In this document: in pieces, positions 26,948-41,845 of the stretch | How the letters are laid out: every line of letters starts with the position of its first letter | Position numbering within the stretch: position 1 is the first letter of the stretch | Assembly: GCF_009914755.1 (NCBI RefSeq) | Contig: NC_060933.1 | Direction: 5' to 3' (one strand) | DNA length: 64,000 nt | Source of the DNA: the human T2T-CHM13v2.0 reference genome, Homo sapiens | Position numbers and translations under genes: made by a program | Notes under the pieces: generated by a model | What the model was told of the DNA's origin: nothing | What the model saw: only the letters and a program-made list of their open reading frames with translations | The model's database searches: none

Positions 26948-28836
26948 AGTACCAAAGCACTATTCTAGTTTTGTATAATTTTTTAAGTCTCTTCTTTAAA
27001 TTTTTTTTTGCAGACTCCATCCCAGACACAGCATACCAGAGTCTCCAAAGGGCTAAGCTCAGCAATCTGTTCTCAAGCTCCCAACAGGAGTCTTACATAG
27101 TCAGGCAGGCAATGATCATATATGGGGACCATTAGAAATAATCTAATGCATACCCTCTGAACTTCAAATTTTTAGTATTCTCATTTTCTGCTCAAGCTCA
27201 ATTTCAACACAGTTCACAGTTTCTCATATCCACCATGGCATTCTGCCAAGGAACTACAACTCGTGTTCTCTAAACCCATCTGTTCTAAGAATGCTGGGCT
27301 GGTTATCAATTTCTAATGTACCTGCTTAAACTTTCCTCTCTCAATATGTCCCTGACTGAACTGCAGAAGACAGAACAACTGTACTAGCCATCTCTTTCTG
27401 CATATCCCATGTCCCCACAGAGGCCACTGTGTCTTCATAAAGCTAACTGACACGATTTTCACAAGTGATATTTTTCCTTCATGATTTTCCATTTTCTACT
27501 TGAGCATTAAAATACCAGGGAGAAAAGGAAGATAATCGTTTAGCAGCTGGGAAAATAAGATATGTGCCCCAGCACAGTACATGCTAAGTATTCAGAATGT
27601 ATAGTTATAGTAGATAACTATAAATTAGATAACTATTAAAATAGTTATATTAGATAAGTAATATTTTTCTCATCTTCAAGACTTAAAAAGTTAACTGTTT
27701 TAAGTGGTATTCAAAAAAGGAAGGTACTCACTCACATCAACCCTATTGAAACCACATTTCTATAGCTGGATGTAACAATCTTAATCCAAATCATTCACCA
27801 AAGTTGTTTAACTTTCTTAAAGTAAGGCTCTAGACATTTGCTTCTTTACAAGTATCTTGCAAAGCCATTATGAGGTAGAAGAAATGTTTAAATGCGCCAC
27901 ATTTTCCTACTGCATTGTAACTAAAATTACTACTCACAGGACGTGTATAGCTTCTGCATTTTGGTCCATCACATTTTCCGCCATCAAATGAGTGTATTCT
28001 TAAGGTTCTCACTTTATCATCAGCATAACATATTTTGCTTCCAGAATGCCCAGTAAAGCTGAAATTTTTCATTTAAAGTGATAAAAAAGTTCCCCAAATA
28101 TCTACTTAACAATCTTAGATCTGAGTTTTAGCAAGACAGTTTAATGCATACACAATGAAAACACTATATTTCTCATTCTCTCTCACATGCACAGATTAAA
28201 ACCCCAAAGTTTTCACTATATTTCCTCTTTCTTATACAGCTCAATTTTTAACATGCAGCTTCCTTATAATCTAAAAACAATTTTAAATATGATTATCATA
28301 AAAATATTTTAAAACAGAGATGAAATGTGTAAAGGCAGATATAGATCATCCATGGTTACATTGGTTACATCACATTTCTTTAGAAACAGAACTGTTTCTA
28401 CTCCTGTAGACAAACCTCTCTCACACATTTAAAGTGAGGTTAGTGCTGACATAAAATTATCGCTCTACTCACCATCTGAGTGTTTGCACTGTGTTTGAGG
28501 TACATTTTCTTCATTTTCACAGCTCCACCACTCTTGAGAGTATGAGTCAACAGAAGTTTGCAGGCTAAAACCATTCAATAATATTTTCATCAATACTGGA
28601 ATGATAGTAAGTAACATTACACAACATCAGAGGCCAAAAATTTTTCTTTGTTGAAGCCCAAGATTTTAACTTATTCTTCATTACCTGAAAATACTGCTCA
28701 TTTAACCTCTTCAGGAAAAAAAAAAATTCTGTAGATGAATAATTCCTGCCTTAATGCTTCACCCAAGACAGTTCCTTCATACTTATCCTCCGATGCTTTG
28801 TTCTTTTCATCCATTTGATGTAGCAGGCAACAAGAA

Positions 28837-30085
28837 TCACCTTTCCTTTGGTGATCTGACATAGCGATCTCTTATGTTTTTGTTAATTGTTTGATAAATA
28901 TTTAGTAAATTTTTCCACGGTATGTATGCACTATTTTTTGTAGTTCCATTTCTAAAGGTTTTATTAATGAATGAATATTGTCATCTTAAAAGAACAATTT
29001 CTCAGTGCTTCAAAAACAGCTCTAAATGCTGGTTGCTTATCATCATGGTAAACACCTCTGTTCCCGTGAAAAATAAAGATTCCTTCTTCTGCTTCTTGGC
29101 AACTGCTTCCATATAGACAATGATCTGGACGACACTTCCATTGACACAGAAAGACAAAAAGGCTTTCTGGATTATGAAAAAACAGGATATCCAACAGATC
29201 TTGATCGCCCATGTAATGTTTAACTTGTATATTTTAAGCCATGTCATAAGTATATCTCCTCATTGTAGTCATACAGTTGTCATATTATTCTTGAAATACT
29301 TCCTTCTCATTCAAGTCATGTTTGTCAACATAACTCCAGAGTTTACTCCAGCTTTTCCACACTATGGATGCCTAGCAAAGAGACTATACCATCCTATTTG
29401 ACATTCCTTGTGTTCTGGGGCCATTTCAGAATTTGTGTGGAATTAAATTTCTTTAGTAAAGACCAAATATTATCAGCTGGTCTTTTAAAAAGGCTATCAG
29501 TGTGAGAGTCAACTTCTTTCAGGAATAACGGCAAGGACAATCTCTGCAAACTACATGGTTTAAAGAGTTTTTCCACTCTGCTGCATTCTCACTTGGAAAG
29601 GTTATGGAGTATACTGTATAATTAAATATTTGTAGGAATGACCCCTGTCAAGCCTTCCTTTAAAGCTATGATGTAGTTGATCTTCAGCAAAAATCTGGAA
29701 TTGAAGAGGTTTGATCCTGAAAATAATAGTTGACTTCAACATGGTCATAGTTTCTTCCAGTCTTTCACTTAGATACATTTTCTCAACGGGCTGTATTTTC
29801 AGACTACACCTGTCCCACCTGCGGGGATGCGCAGCGGGACAAGCGCTGTTCGCGCCTCTCACCGCACCGCATCCGCCTCCCGCCAGCCACGAAGCCACTG
29901 CGGCCTGCGGCTTCCCGCCACCACTGCCCGCTCCTTCCTCCGGGGACACGGGGAGCTGGGTGAAGGCGTAAAGGAGCGAGCAGAAGCCTCAGGCCAGACA
30001 CAGAGCCACCACGCACGGTAGCGCCGCATGGCCCCAGCGGCGTTCCTCGGTCTCCGTCTCCGCCGCGCCCGCCTGGCGAACTGGA
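28837..30085 (-). pseudogene. GXYLT1P: Glucoside xylosyltransferase 1 processed pseudogene (5'UTR plus CDS; the 3'UTR continues leftward, end not determined)
   Basis: ATG at 30029-30027 (MRRY). Recognisable peptides: [122 protein letters not shown] at 28839-28837. Intronless, with many frameshifts. Confidence 0.95.
29810..30085. promoter_or_regulatory. Small CpG-rich patch carried in with the GXYLT1 5' end
   Basis: Dense CpG (ccgccgcgcccgcctggcg, gcggcctgcggcttcccgcc) in an otherwise AT-rich, CpG-poor region; function untested. Confidence 0.5.
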
Positions 30086-30408
30086 GCACAGGGACCATAG
30101 TTCTGGAAATTTATCCTTTTTCTCTCCAAGGATTCAGCAGCAGTGTCTAAAAGAAAAAAATTCATCAATCAATCATTTATATATGTTTTAATATAAAGAT
30201 ATAAAACAGTGGAACCAGTGGAACTGGATAGAAAGTAATTCAGTTTTACAGAACACATCTGTTTTTCAGGCTCTTACTTTTCTTAAACATAAAAGAGCCA
30301 TATATATTTCTATGGAATTCCCCTTTTACTTAAGAATTCATTATCAGCGAATTAGTGTAACGAGGCTGTTTTGTTAGAGGCTGTGGTTGCATTCAAAAAT
30401 TAGAATAG

Positions 30409-30715
<307 letters not shown>

Positions 30716-30849
30716 TAACATTTTAACATTTTAAACTACCACTTACTACATTCACTGTGTCTGTGATTTAATATACCTTTTTCAGTGGCCACAAAATTAT
30801 AAAATGGATACAGAATAGTCTCTTCAAAAAATTAAGGAAGTTCTTTCTT

Positions 30850-31176
30850 TTTTCTTTTTCTTTTTCTTTTTTTTTCTTTTTTTTTTTTTTGGTTTGAGAC
30901 GGAGTCTTGCTCTGTCGCCCAGGCTAGAGTGCAGTGGCACAATCTTGGCTCACTGCAACCTCCGCCTCCCGGGTTTAAGGAATTCTCTGCTTCAGCCTCC
31001 CAAGTAGCTGGGATTACAGGCACCCGCCACCAAGCCCAGCTAATTTTTTTGTATTTTTAGTAGAGACGAAGTTTCACCATCTTGGCCAGACTGGTCTTGA
31101 ATTCCTGACCTCATGATCAGCCCGCCTCGGCCTCCCAAAGTGCTGGGATTACAGGCGTGAGCCACAGCGCCCGGCC
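30850..31176 (-). mobile_element. AluSg-like, full length
   Basis: TSD ggaagttctttctt at 30836-30849 and 31177-31190. Confidence 0.95.
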
Positions 31177-31513
31177 GGAAGTTCTTTCTTCTTGAAAGGA
31201 TTATAAATATAATTCATACTGGCATGACACTTTTACTAATATAGATTGACTTTTCGCTTCAAATAACCCATTCGTATATTGAAATTAATTTTGGTCAGTA
31301 TGTGTGTGTGTGGATGTATGTGTGTGTAGATGTGTGGATGTAAATGGCAGTAAAGGGTAAAAGGGAAGGTGGAAAAAAGGGAGATGGTCTAACATTTTCC
31401 ACACATTTTTAAATACACAAAATGTATATTTAACACAATACACATACAATAAAATATGTAGTAAAACAATGGTGTGGTGAAAACAAAACATTGCGAACTA
31501 GAAAAAAGACTTA

Positions 31514-33684
31514 GCCGCTGGTCCTGTCGGATCCGCCCCGCGGCGGCGCCCTCCAGCCATAAGCTCCACGCAGTTCAACAAGGGCCCCTCCTACAGGCTC
31601 TTGGCGGACGTCCAGAACAGGCTTCTGCCCAAATATGACTCCCAGAAGGAGGCAGAGCTCCGCAGCTGGATCAAGGGATTCACTGGCCTCTCCATCCTCC
31701 CCGACTTCCAGAAGGGCCTGAAGGACGGGATTATTTTATGCACACTCGTGAACAAACTGCAGCCGGGCTCAGTCCCCAAGATCAACGGCTTCCGTGTAGA
31801 ACTGGCACTAGCTAGAAAACCTCTCCAACTTCCTCAAGGCAATGGTCAGCTACGGCATGATCCCGTGGACCTATTTGAGGCCAACGACCTGTTTGAGAGT
31901 GGGAACAATATGCAAGTGCGGGTGTCTCTTCTCACCCTGGCAGGGAAGGCCAAGACTAAGGGGCTGCGGAGCGGGGTGGACATCCGTGACAAGTACTCAG
32001 AGAAGCAGAACTTCCACGACACCACCATGAAGGCCAGCCAGTGTGTCATCCGGCTGCAGATTACCAACAAATGTGCCAGCCAGTCAGGCATGACCGCATA
32101 TGGCACGAGGAGGCATCTCTACGACCCCAAGAACCGCATCCTGCCCCCCATGGACAATTCGACCATCAGCCTCCAGATGGGTACAAACAAGTGCGCCAGC
32201 CAGGTGGGCATGACGGCTCCCGGGACCCAGCGGCACATCTATGACACCAAGTTGGGAATCGACAAGTGTGAGAACTCCTCCATGTCCCTGAAGATGGGCT
32301 ACACGCAGGTTGCCAATCACAGCGGCCAGGTCTTTGGCCTAGGCCGGCAAATATACGAACCCAAGTACTAGCCAGGTGGCCCAGTGGCCCACGGGGCTCC
32401 CTCCGCCGGCAACTGCCCAGGGCCAGGGGAGGCCCCTTACTACCAGGAGGAGACCGGCTACTGAGGCTCCCAGCACGCTCTCTCCACACATGGTCTCCCC
32501 GTCTGGGTGTTGGGTTTTTCTGTGTTTTCATCTTTTTTTTTTTTAACCTGTTCAGTGCTGCCAGTCAACCGAGGGTCTGTGAGTGGCAGCGTGGGATCAG
32601 GCAGCAGGGTTTTTCCCCCACCTCCCCTTGCTTTGGTTCCTTGGCAGGACTGAGACACCGGGCTGTGGGGGAAGGGATCAAGGCCGTATCCTGATGCGTG
32701 TAGGGTGAAGGTCCCCGCTGGCACTTCCAGGCTGTGGGCTGAGCTGTGCTGGGGAGAAGAGACCTGGGCATGGAGGGAACCAGTCCCCGAAGGTTTCTGG
32801 TTGCCTCTCCTCTTCCCCTTTTTGTCAGCCGATCAGTTTGTGGTTTCTGTACCTGCAAAAGTTTCAGGAAGTATTAACAAAAGAAAGAAATTTTTTTCTT
32901 CTCCGAGGAATGGGGCGGAGACAGTGGAGAGGGTGCTGGGAAATGAGTCCCCTGGGAGAGGGGGCCCAGCCACGATGCTAAAATATCTCAGGCTCCTGAG
33001 TGGCTGGATTTCCCTAGGACCCTCAGACCAACAGACCTCAGACCCTCAGACCTATGCTGGGGCCCGGTGAGGAAACTGAGACCCGTACAAGTTAGTGGAA
33101 TTCTGAGTTGCCAGGATTAAGTCTGACCCCTCTCCATCCTAGCTCCCCCACCCCCGTGGCCCTCAGTAGGTTTTTTGTTTGTTTTTGTTTTTGTTTTTGT
33201 TTTTGAGATGCAGTCTCACTCTGTCGCCCAGGCTGAAGCACAGTGGAGTAATCTCGCCTCACTGCACCTCAGCCTCCCAGCTTAAGCGATTCTCCTGCCT
33301 CAGCCTCCAGAGTAGCTGAGACTACAGGCGCCCACCACCACGCCTACCTAATTTTTTGTATTTTTAGTAGAGACGGGATTTCACCATGTTGGCCAGGCTG
33401 GTCGGGAACTCTTTCCCTCATGTGATCCGCCTGTTTCGTCCTCCCAAAGTGTTGGGTTGACAGGCGAGAGCCACCGCGCCCAGGCCCTCAGTAGGTCTTA
33501 AGGAGCCCCGGCCCTCCTTCTCCCCTTCCGGGCCTGACCAGGTCTACTGCTCTATCTCTCCCGGCCCCAGGCCACGCCAAGTACTGCACAGAGCCCTCCA
33601 CCCAGGGGCCCTGCGCTATGAGATAATGTGAAATACCGACTGTGGACCAAACGCAATAAAACCTCTGTTTTTAAGAAGAAAATG
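31514..33684 (+). pseudogene. CNN2P: Full-length calponin-2 processed pseudogene
   Basis: Start codon mutated to ATA (31559) followed by SSTQFNKGPSY. The CH domain (KYDSQKEAELRSWI...DGIILCTLVNKLQPGS) and three calponin repeats (LQMGTNKCASQ.GMT) are in ORF 31601..32371. Original stop at ~32462-32464, AATAAA at 33655-33660, TSD aaaagactta at 31504-31513 and 33685-33694, no introns. Confidence 0.97.
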
Positions 33685-35565
33685 AAAAGACTTAAAATTG
33701 GCATTTTAAGACTTTATTATATATTATTAAATATATATTAAATATAAATGTTATACACTTTAGCGCCTCTATCTCCCAGTCTCTGGTTAGGAGCTTAACT
33801 TTCCTAAGCCTCAATTAGTAAACACTTATGGCCTAGCCACGTTGACCTGCCTCTCTCCTAACATCATCCAGTACATTTCGGAAGCGCATGCAAAACTCTC
33901 CCACCTTCTGTTTCAACAGATATGTCAACTGATACAATTATACAATAATTGTATAAGATAATATTAGATTTAATCTCACAATCACACTCAGCTTGATTAC
34001 TAACCCTTCCCTTACATCTTGCTCACCTAAATTTATCTACATTTTCTGTGAACTGAAATTGCTTAGAAATGTATGCCATCTGTGTATTATAGTGTAAGTT
34101 ATTGTAATATAGAAATATGGACTTTCTTTAACTCCCATTTGCTGCCTAGGAAATACCAATATTTTTTGAGCATGGCAAGTGTTTCCAAGCATTCAGAAGT
34201 GGAGAGTGTAGGAAATCCACTGCAGAATGAGGTCTGCTTGTCATCCTCTCAGTCTCAACTGCTCTCCCTCCTTCATCTCTCTGTTTCATTGATGAGTATA
34301 GAAGATCAGGCATTTTTATATGAAGTGAAAATTGATGGAACTAAGGTGTTGATTTGAATATCCAACCGACCATTTACTGAGTGTCCATTACAAGTTAAAT
34401 TGTGTTGTAGAGAACAGCTCAGGAAACGAATGCTTGACATTGATGTACATAACAAAAATACAAACATACCATTAAAAAATCAGACCTCTTATGACAATCC
34501 AGATTCTCATGTGAGTTTTGTGAAGCTCTTTCAAGATGAGAATGTAAAATTTCAAAAAAAATCATTTTAACAAGTCATTCTTGAGATAGAAAAGTGGAAT
34601 TAGAAGATCATATATGGTTGTTTCACTAGCTCAAATCTTATGTACAGTTTTTAGTCAATTGACAGCCATATGATTCTTATTTTATATGCTGTTATTCATT
34701 AGAAACTACAAATTTTAAAAAATATTCCTGTCTCATTCTATGAATCAATCTAAAAATTTCATTCATTTGGTTATATTTCTTCATTTTACCTGGCCTTGAC
34801 TACTTCTTTCCTGCCCAGCATTAAATTTAATTAATGTCTAATTTGTTTACTTGGTTTAGTTACTTTTGGCCATGTTCAGTACACTTCTTATGAAGCAGGC
34901 ATGTAGGAATGTTGACAAGTTTATGGTCCTCACTTTTCCAAATCCCAAATGGCGGCACCCCAACAGACACATACCACAGTGTAAACACATACACACACAA
35001 TCCACGCCCACCCATACTCACCCACCTACACACAGACACACACACACACACACTCCAGTGGATCAACACATAAAACACTCCACAGGCAAAGACATTATCC
35101 ATCAGGGATCTCTTAGTGCACTACACACTTCTGTAAATTATCAGGACTCCTCAATTGAGGTGAGTCTACAGAGATTTCAAAGGCTATTTGAGTGCTAAGC
35201 TATCTAACTAGTGGTTGGACACTATTTAAATAATGCGTTAAACACAACTCTTGAGGCTCTGAAGAATTTCTGTGCTTTCCAATGAACCAGGAGTTACAAG
35301 GTCCTGAAAACCACAAGTGTGTTACATCCCTTAATAGATAAAGCAAAGCTGATATTAATGTGAATATACTTTATATTTACTTCTATTCGTGTTAATTTTT
35401 CTTTGCCTGTAATATACATTTTTATATAATGGGGAATAAGAAACATCTCAGGAAAAAGAAAACAAAAAATAAAATTTCGCTGTTTACACTGTGCCTTGGT
35501 CCAGTAACCCTGCACTGCACATATACACTTTAAATTGGTGTCTTGGGGAACCACCTCGGTATTTC
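32233..35565 (+). repeat. Right arm of the inverted duplication (partner 16798-20108)
   Basis: See the left arm; includes the CNN2P 3' part, the Alu and ~1.9 kb of flank beyond the TSD. Confidence 0.97.
33171..33485 (-). mobile_element. AluS in the CNN2P 3'UTR
   Basis: Flanked by ccctcagtaggt; shares the private variant gatcacatgagggaaagagttc with the 18881 copy. Confidence 0.95.
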
Positions 35566-36599
35566 ATTTTAATAGCGCATCCTGGAGAATATATTTGAGT
35601 GGATCACATATTACAACTGATTTAAATTTTGACCCATATAGAAATGTTTTCAAAAATATGTCTGAAGCCTGGATACTGTAAAAATGTTTATCATCATAGA
35701 ATAATAAAAGGCTAGCCATTAGTTACTCAGAAATTGTTCAGTAAATCTAAGATGACTTAGACACAAATAGTTATGAGTGAATATAGTTCATCATTAATGT
35801 TTGTAAAAATTAATGCTGTCTTTTATGGTTGAGAAAAACTAGAAATGTAACTTAACTTGATAGAGATAAATGACATAAACTTTACATAAAGCAAGAGAAT
35901 AATAGATGTCTAAAAATGTTTTGTAGATAAGATTTTAAGATGAAATTGTGCTGAACGACATGAATCAAATGTGTTTTGCATACTACATCTGCAGCTACAA
36001 CATCACAGCCTTTTAAGTATTTCGTTAACTTCAAAATGTAACTTATTGCTGAAACAATCTGATTTAATGAATTGGGATAACGGGTAATGATTGGTGTCAG
36101 CTGAAAGCAATGCTACACTTTTAAAGTTAGATTTCTTTGTGTATTAATACAAACACCAGAGAAGATGGTCAATAAAGTAATTACTGTACAATGCCTATCA
36201 TAATACTTAAACCTGGAAGAAAATCAGTAAATGTTAAGTGAATAGAATTGGTGAATTGCTTCCATTTTATACAATTTTTTGTTCATTTTAGGGCTTACCA
36301 AAACTTGCAGCTCTGAATAAGGCCCAATTATTTACTCCTTCAAATAAAACAAGACTGCAAGAATAAGGGTGAATGCTTTGTTTTGTTTTGTTTTTCACTG
36401 AAATATTCCAGTCTGTAGCAGCTCCAAATCACACTGATCTTTCTAGAGTCTGATACAGGTCCTGGTCTCAAGGCCAGTGTTACCATAATCACCATCTTTT
36501 GTGCTTCAAGGTTGAGCCCTCCTAATTTACCTGCATGAAATTGGAAAAGTCCCGTTTCATACTTTAAGCAACCTAGATGTCTCTTTCACTGAAAGTGGT

Positions 36600-37680
<1,081 letters not shown>

Positions 37681-38883
37681 TTTAGTAATTCAGTACAAAA
37701 TTGTTTTCTATAAGCCATGATTCTAGAGATTGAGGGGAAAGTGCAGTGGTAATCTGTCCCAAATGGAAGGACAAATAGCCAAGCAATGTTGACCTACCCA
37801 TTCATCTCTCAAAAACAGGGTTAAGATATTGATTCTCCTGTTTTCAGGATGAAGCAGGGACAGGGAGTTTCTTGTTATCCTCTCAACTCACTCTTTTTAT
37901 GGAAAAAGTAATTAATCTGATAAATGACACAAAAGATTTTGATGTTCATTAACAAGGTGGTGATTCCAAGAAGTTGAAATAAAAAGACTTCAGAGCCCGT
38001 CTCTCTCAATCACTATCTTTGGTCTCTTGAGGATGCTTGTGCACAAAATAGGGAGCACCTGTGTAAGAACTGCATAGGCAGGCTCAGTCCAGCGACTGGT
38101 TTCATAAATCCAACTTTTCCAAGCATGATGGAATGTCAGAATCCCGTGAGCCAAAAGTTTTATGATGAGAGAGGAAGAATGATATTTTACTCCCCAATCT
38201 AATTTTTAAATTAAATTTTAAACAAAGTTAATAAAGTTAACAAACCTGAATACACACACACACATGCATATATACCCACGCACATGCACACAGGCTTCTT
38301 GCATTCTTTTTTTTGTTTAATCATTCATGAGAAATGGTTGGATTTTGTATTTTCTATCTACCAATACTTGCACAAACTCTGGCTGCAAAACTTTTGTTGG
38401 TCAAATATTAGCATTTGGGAAACCACATCCCTGCTGAGAGATAGAAGATCTTGATACAACCTTAACTACATCATCAGTAGACATGGGACTGTTTTTAACC
38501 AGAAGGAGGCAAATGTCTTCCAGATGGTTGTGTAGCTGGTTTTAACAGTAGCCTGCAGTGGCTTTTTGACAGACATAAACCTTACTAGTTATTATTAGGC
38601 TTCAGAGCATTAGTATGAAGTTTTAATTTGGCTTATGTTAGGGATGAGAAGGTAGCACTATCCTAGATGCCCTAAATATTGCTCCTTGTCACTTTTTCCC
38701 CACTGAATTCAGAGGTAATCTGGGGACTGTGTCTAAAATGGCCTTATATTCATGTGTTTGCCATGAGTTTCTGAAGCTTTCATTCTGAACATGGTCTCAA
38801 GTTGGCTCTTGAGGGCTAATTTCATTACACATGATCATAGGCATAAATTTAAATTTGTGGAGGATTGTTTTGTACATCCCACA

Positions 38884-39857
38884 TGAAGGGGTGACCTGCC
38901 CCTCCACACCTGTGGGTGTTTCTTATTGGGTGGGATGAGAGACTGAGAAAAGAAAGAGACACAGAGACAAAGTATAGAGAAAGAAACATGGGCCCAGGGT
39001 ACCGGCACTCAGCATATGGAGGATCCACGCTGGCACCGGTCTCTGAGTTCCCTCAGTATTTATTGATCATTATCTCTACCATCTCAGAGAGGGGGATGTG
39101 GCAGGGCAATAGGGTAATAGTGGGGAGAGGGTCAGCAGGAAAACATGTGAACAAATGTCTGTGTGCCATAAACAAGGTTAGAAAAGGTGCTGTGCTTTGA
39201 GGTGCACATACATAAACATCTCGGTGCATTAAAGGGCAGTACTGCAGCCAGCATGTCTCACCTCCAGCCTTAAGGCAGTTTTCTCCTTATCTCAGTTGAT
39301 GGAACATACAATCGGGTTTTACACCGAGATATTCCATTGCCCAGGGACAGCAGGAGACAGATGCCTTCCTCTTATCTCAACTGCAAAGAGGCCTTCCTCT
39401 TTTACTAATCCTCCTCAGCACAGACCCTTTATGGGTGTCTGGCTGGGGGATGGTCAGGTCTTTCCCTTCCCACAAGGCCATATCTCAGACTATCACTTGG
39501 GGAGAAACCTTGGACAATACCTGGCTTTCCTAGGCAGAGGTCCCTGCAGCCTTCCATAGTGTGTAGTGTATTGTGTCCCTGGGTACTTGAGATTAGAGAG
39601 TGGTGATGACTTTTAACAAGCAAACTGCCTTCAAGCACTTGTTTAACAAAGCACATCCTGCATAGCCCTAAATCCATTAAACCTTGAGTCAACACAGTGC
39701 ATGTCTCTGCCAGCACAGGGTTGGGGGTAGGGTTACAGATTAACAGCATCTCAAGGCAGAAGAATTTTTCTTAGTACACAACAAAATGGAGTCTCTTATG
39801 TCTACTTCTTTCTACATAGACACAGTAACAGTCTGATCTCTCTTTCTTTTCCCCACA
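38884..39857 (-). mobile_element. HERV-K(HML-2) solo LTR, LTR5A/LTR5B-like
   Basis: The minus strand begins tgtggggaaaagaaagagagatcagactgttactgtgtctatgtag and ends caccccttca; 974 bp; 5-bp TSD ccaca at 38879-38883 and 39858-39862. Confidence 0.93.
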
Positions 39858-40794
39858 CCACAGAATCTGGATTCACTACCAAGAGACTGTAGCATTTATC
39901 AAAAAGAAGATAAAGAGAAATAAGAGTTCTTGTTGTCTAGGGAATATATCATCTTCTTTAGGTAATGCTTATTAATGCTCCTCAAAATAGCTAGAGCATT
40001 CAAGCTTTGTAACGAGTTCACAATGAGAGAAGTAGCTTCTACTAGAAATTAAATGTTACTTCTTTCATTAACTATTGCTACAAGAATACGTTTGCTGAAT
40101 AAATTAGCACATTTATTGATATAATTGATTTGCATACTGTGGCAGCACTTCATGGACCAAACCCTAAATCCCATGAAAAATTGAATAGAATTATTTGACA
40201 GTTAAGTATCATTGGAAAAGTCTGGCTCTAGTTCTCAGGAAGCAATCTGGTTGATTATGTGTTTTCGGTGTGTAGTCATAATACAACTGTATATCACTAG
40301 TGTACATTAGACACTTTGTGCACTCTACATATATTTTCTCATTTGATGCTTCAATACATGCATAACAGAAGAAATAGATGTGGATTTAATTGCTCCACTA
40401 GGGTCAAAGACCAAAAACCTCATTACAATGCCAATGTTAGAAATTCTTCTTCCAATTAAAATAAAGTTACCAAAGACAATTGCTCCTGCCATAATGAGAA
40501 AATATCGGATGAACTTTAAAAAATTATTTTTTTTTTGTTTAAAGCCATCAAAAAATTGTGGGTCTAAAGTGTCAATGAACTAAATTTCAGAGAAAAACAA
40601 GCCCTTCCTTGGTGATCACAGATTAGCAGCAGAGCCCATCTCTGAGGACATTTGCTGGATCTGGGGCCTTGAGTAGGTAGAAGAACAAGCCTACAATGTG
40701 CAGACAGCTGGAACATTGGGAATAAGCAAAATAATCTACAGGGAACTGCAAGAGGGACTGAAAACTAGAAAGATCACGTGTTCTCCTCACACTT

Positions 40795-41105
40795 ACTTAT
40801 TTCCACTTAAGAGACAGGGTCTCATTCTGTCACCCAGGCTATGGTGCAGTGGAATAATCATTGCTCACTGCAGCCTCAAACTCCTCCCTCAGGTGATCCT
40901 CCTGCTTCAGCCTCTCCAGTACATGGAACTACAGGTGCATGGCATCATGCTTGGCTAATTTTTAATTTTTTTGTGTGTGGACACAAAAACCGACTAGGTT
41001 TCCCAGGCTGGTCTAGAACTCTTGGCCTCAAGTGTTCTTCCTGCCTTGACCCCACCCTCTCCAACCAAGCACTGGGATTACAGGTGTGAGTCATCACATC
41101 TGGCC
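40795..41105 (-). mobile_element. AluJ
   Basis: gagacagggtctcattctgtcacccaggct...gctcactgcagcctcaaactcct; diverged. Confidence 0.9.
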
Positions 41106-41845
41106 TCCCCTAGCATTTAGATATTAAACTGTTGGAAAAATGAGTAAAAAATAAATATAAGTAGCATTTTGAGTATTTTCTTCCCATACACCCATGGATT
41201 GTTTAGTGTATCTTACTACTTCACATAGGAGACCATTCCTGCATCAAACTATATAAACTAAGTATTTAAATTTGATTTTTTCCCTACAATAAGCTCTATG
41301 CTAAAGCTCATTACATTTGATTTTGACAATCTGTTTTTATACCACAGTTGCAAAAAATTAATCACATTCTTTACTTCATGAGACATTATCATTATTGTTT
41401 CCTACAAGTTTCTCTGGTTTTACTTGTTTCATTTTTTTATTCCTTATCCCTTGTCACAGACAGGCATGCTAATGTGTTTGATATAGGTTCTTTACTCTTA
41501 AAGAATTCTTACAAGATAAGAAGGTTGTTTTCTGAGTGTGTGTATGTGTATATACGTGAGTGTATACATTTTGCTTAAAGAGTATTGTGCTATAAATCTA
41601 ATTTTATTTCTAATTTTTTCACAGAGCATAACATCCTTCATACATTCCCACATTGCTGTAGGTTATTTTTGGTTGTTTATTCCCCTGTAGCTGCTGCATA
41701 GTTTTCAATAAAATGAATCAACCACATTTTCCCTATCCAGTCTTGCAGTAGAATTCACACTGATATCCTGCTACTGAAATATTCACTTCCTTATGGTATC
41801 CTTATGAAAACACTTTTTGGTCATGTGTTACAATTTGTCAGGGGC

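Noticed and set aside
21700-28836. Whole interval as GXYLT1 3'UTR
   Set aside because: I found no convincing poly-A plus TSD pair matching the 5' flank at ~30090, so the 3' end is left undefined.
31601-32371. 256-aa ORF as a functional CNN2 gene
   Set aside because: Intronless with TSDs, start codon mutated to ATA, a frameshifted stretch in the CH domain and a premature stop; this is a processed pseudogene.
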